From: a bacterium | GTDB taxonomy: Bacteria > Zhuqueibacterota > Zhuqueibacteria > Oceanimicrobiales > Oceanimicrobiaceae | DNA length: 20,302 nt | Assembly (NCBI GenBank): GCA_046757025.1 | Contig: JBHHXN010000091.1 | Coordinates: 1-20,302, forward strand | Reading direction: 5' to 3' | Shown: one piece after another, positions 1 through 8,800 of the stretch | Layout of the letters: each line of letters opens with the position of its first letter | How positions within the stretch are numbered: position 1 is the stretch's first letter | The notes under the pieces: model-generated | The model's database searches: none | The model's input: the letters and a program-made list of their open reading frames with translations, nothing else | Told to the model about the DNA's origin: nothing | Program-made: the position numbers and the translations under genes

Positions 1-262
1 CGAATTTCGCTTTTCGGTTTGCGGCTTTTCGCTGCATTAGGAATTATTCAGGTTAGATTTTTTTCAACAACTGCATCAAATACTTACAATTTGCAAAACG
101 AACAAGCTTTCCTGGAAGGTTCAGAGCAGCACCACAAAATGATTGCTTTTCGCAAGCTTCTTGAGTATATTTTTGTTCCATTTCAAGTGTTCGATTCGAT
201 CCTTGTAAAACAATCGCCTTGAAAATTTTCAGCGAACTCGTGCCTGAACGAAAACGACTCTA

Positions 263-353
263 TCTTCCCGAAGGCCTCCTGGCCGAGGGTGAATTCCTGC
301 CTGGATCGGCGAGGCCTGTCCCGAGCTTGGTCGAAGGGACGCCTTCGTGAAGA
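263..353. repeat. GC-rich palindromic REP/MITE-like element upstream of the ECF gene
   Basis: Outer inverted arms TCTTCCCGAAGGC (263-275) and GCCTTCGTGAAGA (341-353) match at 12/13. They enclose small hairpins, including GTCCC-GAGCTTGGTCGAA-GGGAC (318-340). Confidence 0.5.
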
Positions 354-430
354 GATTTATCATTCGCCCATTTCTCGAGTTTTCATTCAGGCACCAATCA
401 GAATCCACCTCATTCACCTCAAATTTAGGG

Positions 431-1012
431 ATGGTCAAACCGATGCCTGAAACACCAAGCCAGATCAATAAAGCAGCCGTAAAATTGAAAAGCGGTCAAG
501 GCAGTCGAATAGAATGGCGGATTTTATACGATTATTTCAGCCCCAAAATGGATCACGTCGCAAGAAATTTTGGCTTGAATAAATTTGAAGGAGACGATGT
601 GGTACAAGAGACCTTTCTGCGGGTCTATCGAAATATACATAAATGGCAGAAAACAGATAACTTTTCAGCCTGGTTCTGGAAAATTGCTTATGGCGAATTT
701 TATCGCCATCTTGGTAAAAAAAAGTCCGTTCTGTCATTGAATGACTTGCAAGAAGAAGGCTCCCAGGTCAATGTCGAAAATGAAGTGACGAGCCAACTGG
801 AGTTGGAACGGCTGAAAGCGTGCATAGAAAAAATGCCTCCACGCATGCGGCAAACGGTGCTGTTGTTTCGATTTCAAGACCTGCCGCAAAAAATGGTGGC
901 GAAAATCATGAAAGTAAGCTTGCGTGCGGTACAGCGGCAGATGGAACAGGCCAAAAAGTTTTTAATTAAGTGTTTTGGAAAAGACAACATGAAATTATCG
1001 AATCAAGTTTAA
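431..1012 (+). CDS. ECF (sigma-70 group 4) RNA polymerase sigma factor
   Basis: Region 2 motifs (EGDDVVQETFLRVY, FSAWFWKIA) and a region 4 HTH (MPPRMRQTVLL...LPQKMVAKIMKVSLRAVQRQMEQAKKFL). The ORF is open from 347 (GTG), but ATG 431 (or 443) gives a typical ECF length of about 190 aa. The start is uncertain. A zinc-finger anti-sigma follows immediately. Confidence 0.92.
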   Translation: MVKPMPETPSQINKAAVKLKSGQGSRIEWRILYDYFSPKMDHVARNFGLNKFEGDDVVQETFLRVYRNIHKWQKTDNFSAWFWKIAYGEFYRHLGKKKSVLSLNDLQEEGSQVNVENEVTSQLELERLKACIEKMPPRMRQTVLLFRFQDLPQKMVAKIMKVSLRAVQRQMEQAKKFLIKCFGKDNMKLSNQV

Positions 1013-1018
1013 AAGGCG

Positions 1019-1975
1019 ATGCAAAAGATGGATGATTTAGAATTTCTGAACCTACTCAGAAAGGTTGCCAGGCGAATGAAGAAGAAAATTGTAGGCTGCT
1101 TCGATGTCCAAACTCTGCTGAAATACCATCAAGAAGAATTGAGTAAAACTGAGGCGCAGAAGGTTCGAGAACATCTGGCGCTTTGTTCCAATTGTGTGCA
1201 AGAACTGCAACAAATCATGCAGTTTTTTGAAATTGTGGAAGAAACCCCGCAAGAGGTGCCGACGCCGGATGAAGAAAGATTCGAAACGCTGATGGGTCAA
1301 ATGGGTGAAGCTGCGGTTCCCGGAGATAAAAAACGATCGCCTTTTATCGATCAGCTCAGTGATTTCATTGACAAACAGTTCTTTAATTTCAAAGCACTCG
1401 CCTACGTCGGGTTAGTGATCATCGTCTCACTGGCGGGACTGCGTTTTTATGCTTATAGCCAGAAACCCACTTTTTGGGAGCGCCCGGAATATCAGCAGCT
1501 CATCGAACCGCGGTTGCACCAGATTAGAAATCTCGCGGATCAAAAAGAACCGGCCGAAACACTTCAGGATCAAGTTCGGGTTCAAATTCAAAACGGAGAG
1601 TACGCCCGGGCAAAATCCCTGATGGAATCCTGGCTGCAAACCCACGACGGTTCCTGGAATGACTATCGACTAGCCGGACTTGCCACCCTGCTCACGGCGC
1701 GGAAAAAATTCATCTTTGATTTTTATTTCGACAAAGGTCAGGTACACCAAGCAATCGAATATTTTCAACAGGCGCAAAAACGAGCTCAGAATAATTTGTT
1801 CGCACAGGAAGAGCTGTTGTGGCTCCTGGGCCAGGCTTATGTGATGCTGGATGACCTGGCCGTAGCGGAGATAAATTTTCAAGCCATACTGCAACTGCAG
1901 GCTCCGGGTCTAACCCGCCAAGCCGATGCCCGACGGGCTTTGCAAAACCTGCAGGCGCTGACTACCTTGCCGTAG
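1019..1975 (+). CDS. Zinc-finger (zf-HC2/ZAS) transmembrane anti-sigma factor with C-terminal TPR domain
   Basis: N-terminal C...HLALCSNC (HxxxCxxC), a single hydrophobic helix (ALAYVGLVIIVSLAGLRFYA), and C-terminal TPR-like helices (GEYARAKSLME, AIEYFQQA, LWLLGQAYVMLDDLAVAEINFQAI). It starts 6 bp after the sigma stop. Confidence 0.88.
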   Translation: MQKMDDLEFLNLLRKVARRMKKKIVGCFDVQTLLKYHQEELSKTEAQKVREHLALCSNCVQELQQIMQFFEIVEETPQEVPTPDEERFETLMGQMGEAAVPGDKKRSPFIDQLSDFIDKQFFNFKALAYVGLVIIVSLAGLRFYAYSQKPTFWERPEYQQLIEPRLHQIRNLADQKEPAETLQDQVRVQIQNGEYARAKSLMESWLQTHDGSWNDYRLAGLATLLTARKKFIFDFYFDKGQVHQAIEYFQQAQKRAQNNLFAQEELLWLLGQAYVMLDDLAVAEINFQAILQLQAPGLTRQADARRALQNLQALTTLP

Positions 1976-4900
1976 CCTGGGCTGTGCCCAATTCGATGGC
2001 GCCACTCTGCCCCATGAGAACGAAGGGTGCCCAATAAAAAGGATTGCTATCTTTTTCACCACTTCCGATTAAGCTGAGTTTGGCCTGCTGTAATGCGGCG
2101 TTTCGTGACAACCCATTCTTCAAATTTGCATAGAAAGCTTGCATCAATTTTGCGGTGGTTTCATCGCTGACACTCCATAGACTGGCTACCACACTTTGGG
2201 CGCCGGCATAAAAAAACGACCGGGTCAAACTCAACAATCCTTCGCCGGATAGCAGGCGGCCAACCGCAGATTCACAAGCGCTCAACACCACCAGCTCGGC
2301 CTGCAATTCCAGATTTAAGATTTCGAAAGCATGCAAAAAGCCGTCTTCGCCGTTTACCTGGTCGGGTGCCAGCGCCAGCCCGGAAAACAACGGTTGATGC
2401 TCGTTGGCCAATCCGTGCACGGCCAGGTGCAAAATGCGAAAATCTTCGGCGCGCTTTTTGAACAGCGATTCGGTGGCCGAGGCCCCGGCAAAGGCGGTGA
2501 CGGCCGGATAGATGGCGCGAATTCTTTGCACTTCCAGCCCCGCAAACGGCAGCGGGGTGAATTGATTGTTGCGTACGAATTTTGTGTCTTCTGGAAGCAC
2601 GGCTGCGAACAAATCGGCGCGGTCTTCGGTCAACTCCAATCCTTGCGGATTACCCAGAGCCAACAACCCCGACGAAAGCAGTGAGGAATCATACAATGCC
2701 GGCGCCAGCAAACTGGCCGAGGAGGAATACGAAATGGCAGAATTTTCAATCAGGTATTCCGGCTGGTTGTTTTTTACTTCCGCCACCAGAATTTCAAATG
2801 GCAGATAAAACAGCAAATCGTCCGGCACGATGACGAGCTCGGCATCTTGCGGCAGCTCGGAACCGATGGGACTTCCGATCAACACGTTGTAGAGATTCTG
2901 CAATGCCTCAAAATTGAATTGAGCGTCCAGATGATCTCTCACCGAGGTGCGAGAACGCCCCAAACTCGAAGACGATGACCGTTCCGAAGCAAACAGCGGA
3001 CTGACTTCCGCCAGCAAATCGGCCAACGCTTTTCGTGAAAGATTCAGCGGTTTGAAGAGCAATTTGTCCGCTGTGACCATCCAGACATAACTGTCTTCTT
3101 CGCCCACCAAGTATTCAATCAATACCTGATTTGACCCCAATACCTTGCTTTGAATTTCAAGGTAATTCAAAACTCGCGGCCGCAATTTGGGAAGCTGCTT
3201 TTGCATAACCAGACTCACGGAATCCTGCTGGGATTTCAGGATTTCGATGGCGCTCTCCAGTTCTTGAATGAACTTGCTGTCCGGCTGCTCTTTGGAGAGC
3301 TCACCGGTGACCGCCGTGTATTTTGCCTGAATTTGGTGTCCCAGCGAAACATACGCCTGCCGGGTGGGCTCGGAAATATTTTTCATTTGTTTGGTCATCA
3401 GAGTTTGCGAAACCAATTCCAGCAAGGTACGTGCTTTTGCCCTTTCAGCGTAATGCAGAGCTTTGCCCGCAAGAGAAGCATCGCCTTCTTTTTCAGCCAC
3501 ACGGGCGTACAATCCAACTATCCTGGCGTAGATTTCCATTTTGTCCTGCCAGAAACCGCTGCGCTGCTCTTCGCCTAATATACTGCTGCGCACGTTTTCA
3601 ATGGTCGAGATGGCGGCATCATAACTTTTAATGGCGTCATCGAAATTTTCCAGGGCGGTATAAACTTCGCCTAAGCCCGAATACGATTCCCACAGCCCCA
3701 TCAAATGGCCGATTTTCTGGTGAATCTCCACAGAGCGCTGAAAGGCATTTAAGCTTTCCTGATAATTTTTCAATCTCAAATTCATCAATCCGATGACTTC
3801 ATAAGCAAACCCCTGACGCGGTAAATTTCGCACCTCCTGCGCATAGGTGAGTCCCAGTTGGGCTGTATCCAGTGCAGCCGCATACTGGTTCAATTCACCC
3901 TGTACCAGCGCCATATTTACCAATAAGATGGAATACAGCTCCGGGGTTAATCGTCGGCTCAGGTGTTTAAAAATAGAACGATAAAAATACAAGGAGCTGT
4001 CGGGTTCGTTTAGATAGGAATACATTAGAGCGATGTCGCCTAAAATGTAAATCTGTGTCGAAGAGTCGCCGATGCTTTCAGCCAAATCAAGCGCTTCGTT
4101 AAATATAGAATTGGCGCGGCGGTATTGACCAAAATTCGCGTAAGCGATGCCCAGCGTATTCATGGTTATCGCTTCCTGACTTTTGGCCTTGCCAAATTCT
4201 TGCAGCAAAGTCAACGCTTTTTTCGCTGTTTTCAAAACTTTCGAATAGTCCGCGAGCTCGTGATACATCACGCCCTGGTTGGTGAGCATGCGCGCCACCA
4301 TCATCGTGTCCTGCAATTGCGCGTAGATGGACACAGCGTCTCGGTTATCCTGAAACGCCTTGGTGGTATCTCCAAGATCGGCATGAATGCTGGCACGGTT
4401 GCCCAAAATATTGGCCTTGGTGCGGTATTGACGGGAAGCCTCTGCCAGCTTCAAAGCTTCGTCATTTTCATCCAACGCTTTTTGATATTCCCCCAATTGA
4501 TGATGGATGATGGCGATATTCGAAAGCACTTCGGCGGTTTTGATGGGATTGGGATCCGGCTGCCTGCGCGCAATCGCCAGCGCGGAATCATAGCAAGCCA
4601 ACGCCTTTTGAATATCCCAAACCAGCTCGCTATGATAAAGATTACCGAGATTGTTGTATCGAGTTTCCTGACCCCAACCATTATTTGCTTCCTTGTACAA
4701 TTTGATGGCTTCTAAATTCAGTTTGATAGCGGCCTCGGCTTCTCCGCGGTCTTTGTGCATGTCCGCCAGATTACCGCAGGCCGCGGCTTCGTTCTTTTTA
4801 TAGCCTATCTTTCGGGCCAATTCACGCACCTCTTGCATTTTAACATAAGCGGTCTCTTCGTCGCCGGAGCGTAAACTCATAATGGCAAGATTCCCGACAA

Positions 4901-5642
4901 ACGTACTTTGCTGCTCCAAATCGTTCTTTTGCCTGGCCACCTCCAAACCTTTCTCCAGCACTTCCACGGCCGGGGCGTTGTTGCCGGTCAAAATCAAGCC
5001 GCGGCTGAAATAGCGATAAACATCGAGAAACAGAGAGTCCAATTCCAGAGCTTTTTCGAATTCGTTGAAACTATCCAGCCATCGGGTCTGAGTTCTGTAA
5101 AAAGCATAGCCCAGACCGTAATGCGCCGCAGCCAGCTCTGGCTGTTCAGATACCCGTGCCTGATACTCCGCAATGATGGCGTCTAACTTTTGCATCTTCG
5201 CATAAACTTCCACGCTCTGCATGTAAGCCTCGCCGAAATCTGGGTTCAATTCCCTCGCCTTTTGGAAATTTTCAAGCGCGGCCTGGTTTTGATTCTGGAC
5301 GTTGTTTAGCAACCCCAACGCCAAATAAACATTCGCATTGTTTGGCTGATTATCCCTTAGCGATTCAAAATAGGCTTTAGCCTCTTCCAGTCGATTGGCT
5401 CGGTGATAAGCAGACTGTAATTTTTTATAAGCCGGCGTGAATGTCGAGTCCATTTCGATGATTTCTTGACAGAGCGCGATGGCTTTGTCATAATCGGCGT
5501 TCCCTATGGCTTTCAGCGCTTCAATATAGATCTCGTCCACCGAATGCGGTCGGAAAGTATCCTGGATCAAATATCCGATACCAACTAAAACCAAAATAGC
5601 CAGCAAGGTCACCCCATAACGGAATAGTTTACTCTGCGGCAT
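1962..5642 (-). CDS. TPR-CHAT domain protein (caspase/separase-like cysteine protease) with N-terminal signal/membrane anchor
   Basis: N-terminal hydrophobic segment (YGVTLLAILVLVGIGYLI) and many TPRs. CHAT motifs include AERAKARTLL, LVIVPDDLLFYLPFEIL, ILHLAVHG (His codon 2415-2417), LVVLSACES (Cys codon 2274-2276), VVASLWSVSD and PFYWAPFVLMG. RBS AAGGAGG lies upstream. Confidence 0.95.
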   Translation of the reverse strand: MPQSKLFRYGVTLLAILVLVGIGYLIQDTFRPHSVDEIYIEALKAIGNADYDKAIALCQEIIEMDSTFTPAYKKLQSAYHRANRLEEAKAYFESLRDNQPNNANVYLALGLLNNVQNQNQAALENFQKARELNPDFGEAYMQSVEVYAKMQKLDAIIAEYQARVSEQPELAAAHYGLGYAFYRTQTRWLDSFNEFEKALELDSLFLDVYRYFSRGLILTGNNAPAVEVLEKGLEVARQKNDLEQQSTFVGNLAIMSLRSGDEETAYVKMQEVRELARKIGYKKNEAAACGNLADMHKDRGEAEAAIKLNLEAIKLYKEANNGWGQETRYNNLGNLYHSELVWDIQKALACYDSALAIARRQPDPNPIKTAEVLSNIAIIHHQLGEYQKALDENDEALKLAEASRQYRTKANILGNRASIHADLGDTTKAFQDNRDAVSIYAQLQDTMMVARMLTNQGVMYHELADYSKVLKTAKKALTLLQEFGKAKSQEAITMNTLGIAYANFGQYRRANSIFNEALDLAESIGDSSTQIYILGDIALMYSYLNEPDSSLYFYRSIFKHLSRRLTPELYSILLVNMALVQGELNQYAAALDTAQLGLTYAQEVRNLPRQGFAYEVIGLMNLRLKNYQESLNAFQRSVEIHQKIGHLMGLWESYSGLGEVYTALENFDDAIKSYDAAISTIENVRSSILGEEQRSGFWQDKMEIYARIVGLYARVAEKEGDASLAGKALHYAERAKARTLLELVSQTLMTKQMKNISEPTRQAYVSLGHQIQAKYTAVTGELSKEQPDSKFIQELESAIEILKSQQDSVSLVMQKQLPKLRPRVLNYLEIQSKVLGSNQVLIEYLVGEEDSYVWMVTADKLLFKPLNLSRKALADLLAEVSPLFASERSSSSSLGRSRTSVRDHLDAQFNFEALQNLYNVLIGSPIGSELPQDAELVIVPDDLLFYLPFEILVAEVKNNQPEYLIENSAISYSSSASLLAPALYDSSLLSSGLLALGNPQGLELTEDRADLFAAVLPEDTKFVRNNQFTPLPFAGLEVQRIRAIYPAVTAFAGASATESLFKKRAEDFRILHLAVHGLANEHQPLFSGLALAPDQVNGEDGFLHAFEILNLELQAELVVLSACESAVGRLLSGEGLLSLTRSFFYAGAQSVVASLWSVSDETTAKLMQAFYANLKNGLSRNAALQQAKLSLIGSGEKDSNPFYWAPFVLMGQSGAIELGTAQATAR

Positions 5643-5760
5643 AAGCCCTCCTTTATCTCTTGCAATTGAATATTCGGAAACATGCTCTGCAATGAGATAT
5701 CAGAAAAAATGAATTGGTGATGATGAGAATGGAATGTTGAATGCAAACTCGCTTATTCAA

Positions 5761-5789
5761 ATCATAAAAAAACTGTCGAAAAAAGTCAA
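5761..5789 (-). promoter_or_regulatory. sigma70-type promoter upstream of the TPR-CHAT gene
   Basis: The minus strand reads TTGACT (5789-5784), a 17-bp spacer, then TATGAT (5766-5761). It lies directly downstream of the terminator of the preceding gene and about 120 bp before the ATG. Confidence 0.7.
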
Positions 5790-5793
5790 GCAT

Positions 5794-5826
5794 AAAAAAA
5801 GCCGACCTTCTTTTGAAAGCCGGCTT
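5794..5826 (-). terminator. Rho-independent terminator after the YCF48/Fn3 gene
   Basis: Minus strand AAGCCGGCTTTC-AAAA-GAAGGTCGGCTT forms a 12-bp stem with two G-U pairs and runs into a U tract. It sits about 28 bp past the stop at 5854. Confidence 0.8.
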
Positions 5827-5853
5827 GATTGGATTTGGCACGTTTCGTGAAGG

Positions 5854-8800
5854 CTACCGCAGCAATGTCAGCTTTTTCGCTTTAACAAAATCTGCGGTTT
5901 GCAGCCGGTACACATAAATGCCGCTGGCGACGTTTCTACCGTTTTGGTCTTTGCCATCCCACTGAATTGAGTAAAAGCCCGCGGGCATTTTTTTGTCCAC
6001 CAGCATCGCCACCCGCTGGCCAAGCAGGTTGTAGATGGTGAGTTTCACTTCCGCAGCTTTGGGCAACTGGTATTTGATGGTGGTTTGCGGGTTGAAGGGA
6101 TTGGGGTAGTTCTGGCTCAATCCAAATTTGTGTGGTACTTCCATGTTTGTTTGAACGGTTGTTGTTATATCAATGCGAAATTGACGTTTCTCACTAAACT
6201 CTCCCCAGCCTGCCGCATTTTTAGCCTTCACTCGCCACCAGTAGTCATGTTTGTCATTAAGTTGGCGTACTATCTTGGTCGTATCCGTTGCCATAAGCGT
6301 TGAGTCAACCATAGCATTTGCCATCAGGGAATCAGCTGCTATTTCGAACCAGTACTTGTAAACTGCCGGAGTACCTTGCCGCCACGTGAAACGGACACTA
6401 TCAGACTTAATAACTGTAAAATTCACCGGTGAAATCAGTGAAACCTGGTTCGGCTTTCCTGCGATGGTTGTGAAACGCCAGATATTAGACCACTGGCTGA
6501 TACCAAGAATATTCTTAGCTCTGACACGCCAGTAATAAGTGGTATTAATGGCCAAAGGCCCTACTCGGCGGTTAATCCAGGTAAGGCTGGAATCATCGAA
6601 GACTATGGCAGTGAAAACCGAATCGGTCGCGACCTGGAGGGAATAGTTTTCTGCGCCTTCGGCCTGCTCCCACCGCAAAAATGGCTTTATTGACTGGCTC
6701 ACAGCGCCATTAGTAGGTGAAGTAAGCTTGGGAGCAATTGGCGCTGCCGAAATTGTAGTAAAACTCCATACAATGGACCATGGACTGTCGCCCAGGACGT
6801 TTTTCGCCTTGACACGCCAGTAATAGGTGGTGCTAATGGCCAAAGGCCCCACTCGGCGGTTACGCCAGGTAAGGCTGGAATCATCGAAGACTATGGCAGT
6901 GAAAACCGAATCGGTCGCGACCTGGAGGGAATAGTTTTCTGCACCTTCGGCGTGCTCCCACCGCAATAATGGGTTTATTGGCTGGCTCACGGCGCCATTA
7001 GAGGGCCAATCAAGGTCTGGCGCGGATGGTACAGTAGAAATAGTAGTAAAACTCCATACATCAGACCAGGGGCTGGCGCCGAGCACGTTCTTCGCCTTGA
7101 CACGCCAATAATAGGTAGTATTAATGGCTAAAGGCCCTACTCGGCGGTTATTCCAGGTCAGGCTGGAATCATTGAAGACTATGGCAGTGAAAACCGAGTC
7201 GGTTGCGACCTGGAGGTGATAGCTTTCTGCTCCTTCTGCATCATCCCACTCCAAATATAGGGTTGTTGGCTGGTTCTCAGATCCATTGTACGGCCAATCA
7301 AGGTGTGGCGTAGATGGCGCTGCAGAGATAGTCGTAAAACGCCATACAGCGGACCATGGGCTGTCGCCAAGGACGTTCTTCGCTTTGACACGCCAATAAT
7401 AGGTTGTGTTAATGGCCAATGGCCCAATTTCTTCTGAGGTGTATTCAATACTAAAATCATCGAAAACCATTGCCGTAAAAGCAGAGTCGGTTGCGACCTG
7501 GAGGTGATAGGTCTCGGCTCCCACTGAACCATCCCATTCCAATTCCAGGTTTGTTGGCTGGTTCATGGCTCCATTGTCGGGCCAATCAAGGTATGGGGTA
7601 GATGGAACAGCAGAAACTGTCGTAAAACTCCAAACCTCAGACCATGGGCTGGCGCCAAGAGCGTTTTTCGCTCTCACACGCCAAAAATAGGTTGTGTTAA
7701 TAGCTAAAGATTCGACGTATTCTCCGGTCCAGCTAAGGTCAGAATCTTCGAAAACCATAGCAGTGAAAGCAAAGTCCGTGGCCACCTGAAGGTGATAGGT
7801 TTCTGCACCTTCGGCACTACCCCAATCCAAATCCAGGTTAGTAGGTTGATTTTCGGCTCCATTGTTAGGCCAATAAAGCAATGGCGCAGATGGCGCAGTA
7901 GAAATAGTCGTAAAACGCCATACAACAGACCAGGGGCCGGCACCAATAACGTTTTTCGCTCTCACTCGCCAGTAATAGGTAGTATTAGCGGCCAAAGCTT
8001 CAACTCGTTTATTGGAATAGCGCATGCTGGAATCATCGAAAACCACGGTTGTGAAGAGTGAGTCTGTGTCCAACTGGAGGCGATAGGATTCCGCTCCCTC
8101 CGAATCTTCCCAATTAAGATAAAGACTAGTTGGCTGGTTGACGGCGCCATCAATGGGCCAGGAAAGTGACGGCGCAGGCGGGGCGCCTGAAATCGTTGAG
8201 AATCTCCACACACTTGACCATGGGCTGGCGCCAATGATATTTTTCGCTCTCACTCGCCAGTAATAAGTGGTATTAGCGGCCAAGGCTTCCACACGTTTGC
8301 TGGAATAGCTCATACTGGAATCATCGAAAACCAAGGTTGTGAAGAGTGAGTCTACAGCCAACTGGAGGCGATAGGATTCCGCTCCCTCCGAATCTTCCCA
8401 ATTAAGATAAAGACTAGTTGGCTGGTTGACGGCGCCATCAATGGGCCAGGAAAGTGACGGCGCAGGTGGTGCACCTGAAATCGTTGAGAATGTCCACACA
8501 CTTGACCATGGACTGGCGCCAATGATATTTTTCGCTCTCACTCGCCAGAAATAGGTAGTGTTAGCAGTTAAAGCTTCCACACGTTTACTGGAATAGGTCA
8601 TGCTGGAATCATCGAAAACCACGCTTGTGAAGAGTGAGTCTACAGCCAACTGGAGGCGATAACTCTCTGTTCCAGTCGTAGAATGCCAACTCAGATAAAC
8701 AGTTGTTTTCTGGTTGGCCGCGCCATTGGATGGCCGAGAAAGCATCGGCGCAGTTGGCGCTGCAGAAATAGTCGTGAAGCTCCAAACGTTCGACCATGAG

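Noticed and set aside
1..35. c-di-GMP-I riboswitch-like GCAAACC...GAAA on the minus strand
   Set aside because: The stem and loop geometry does not fit the GAAA-tetraloop consensus, and the rest would lie outside the window, so it cannot be supported.
263..353. tRNA-like cloverleaf
   Set aside because: No properly placed T-loop, D-loop, 7-nt anticodon loop or CCA on either strand.
19..468. Short ORFs 19-222 (+) and 229-468 (-)
   Set aside because: No RBS or recognisable motifs. They overlap AT-rich regulatory sequence, the palindromic element and the sigma start.
5835..5852. sigma54 promoter-like TTGGCACG on the + strand
   Set aside because: The -12 element reads GTGA rather than TTGC, and it would point antisense into a gene end.
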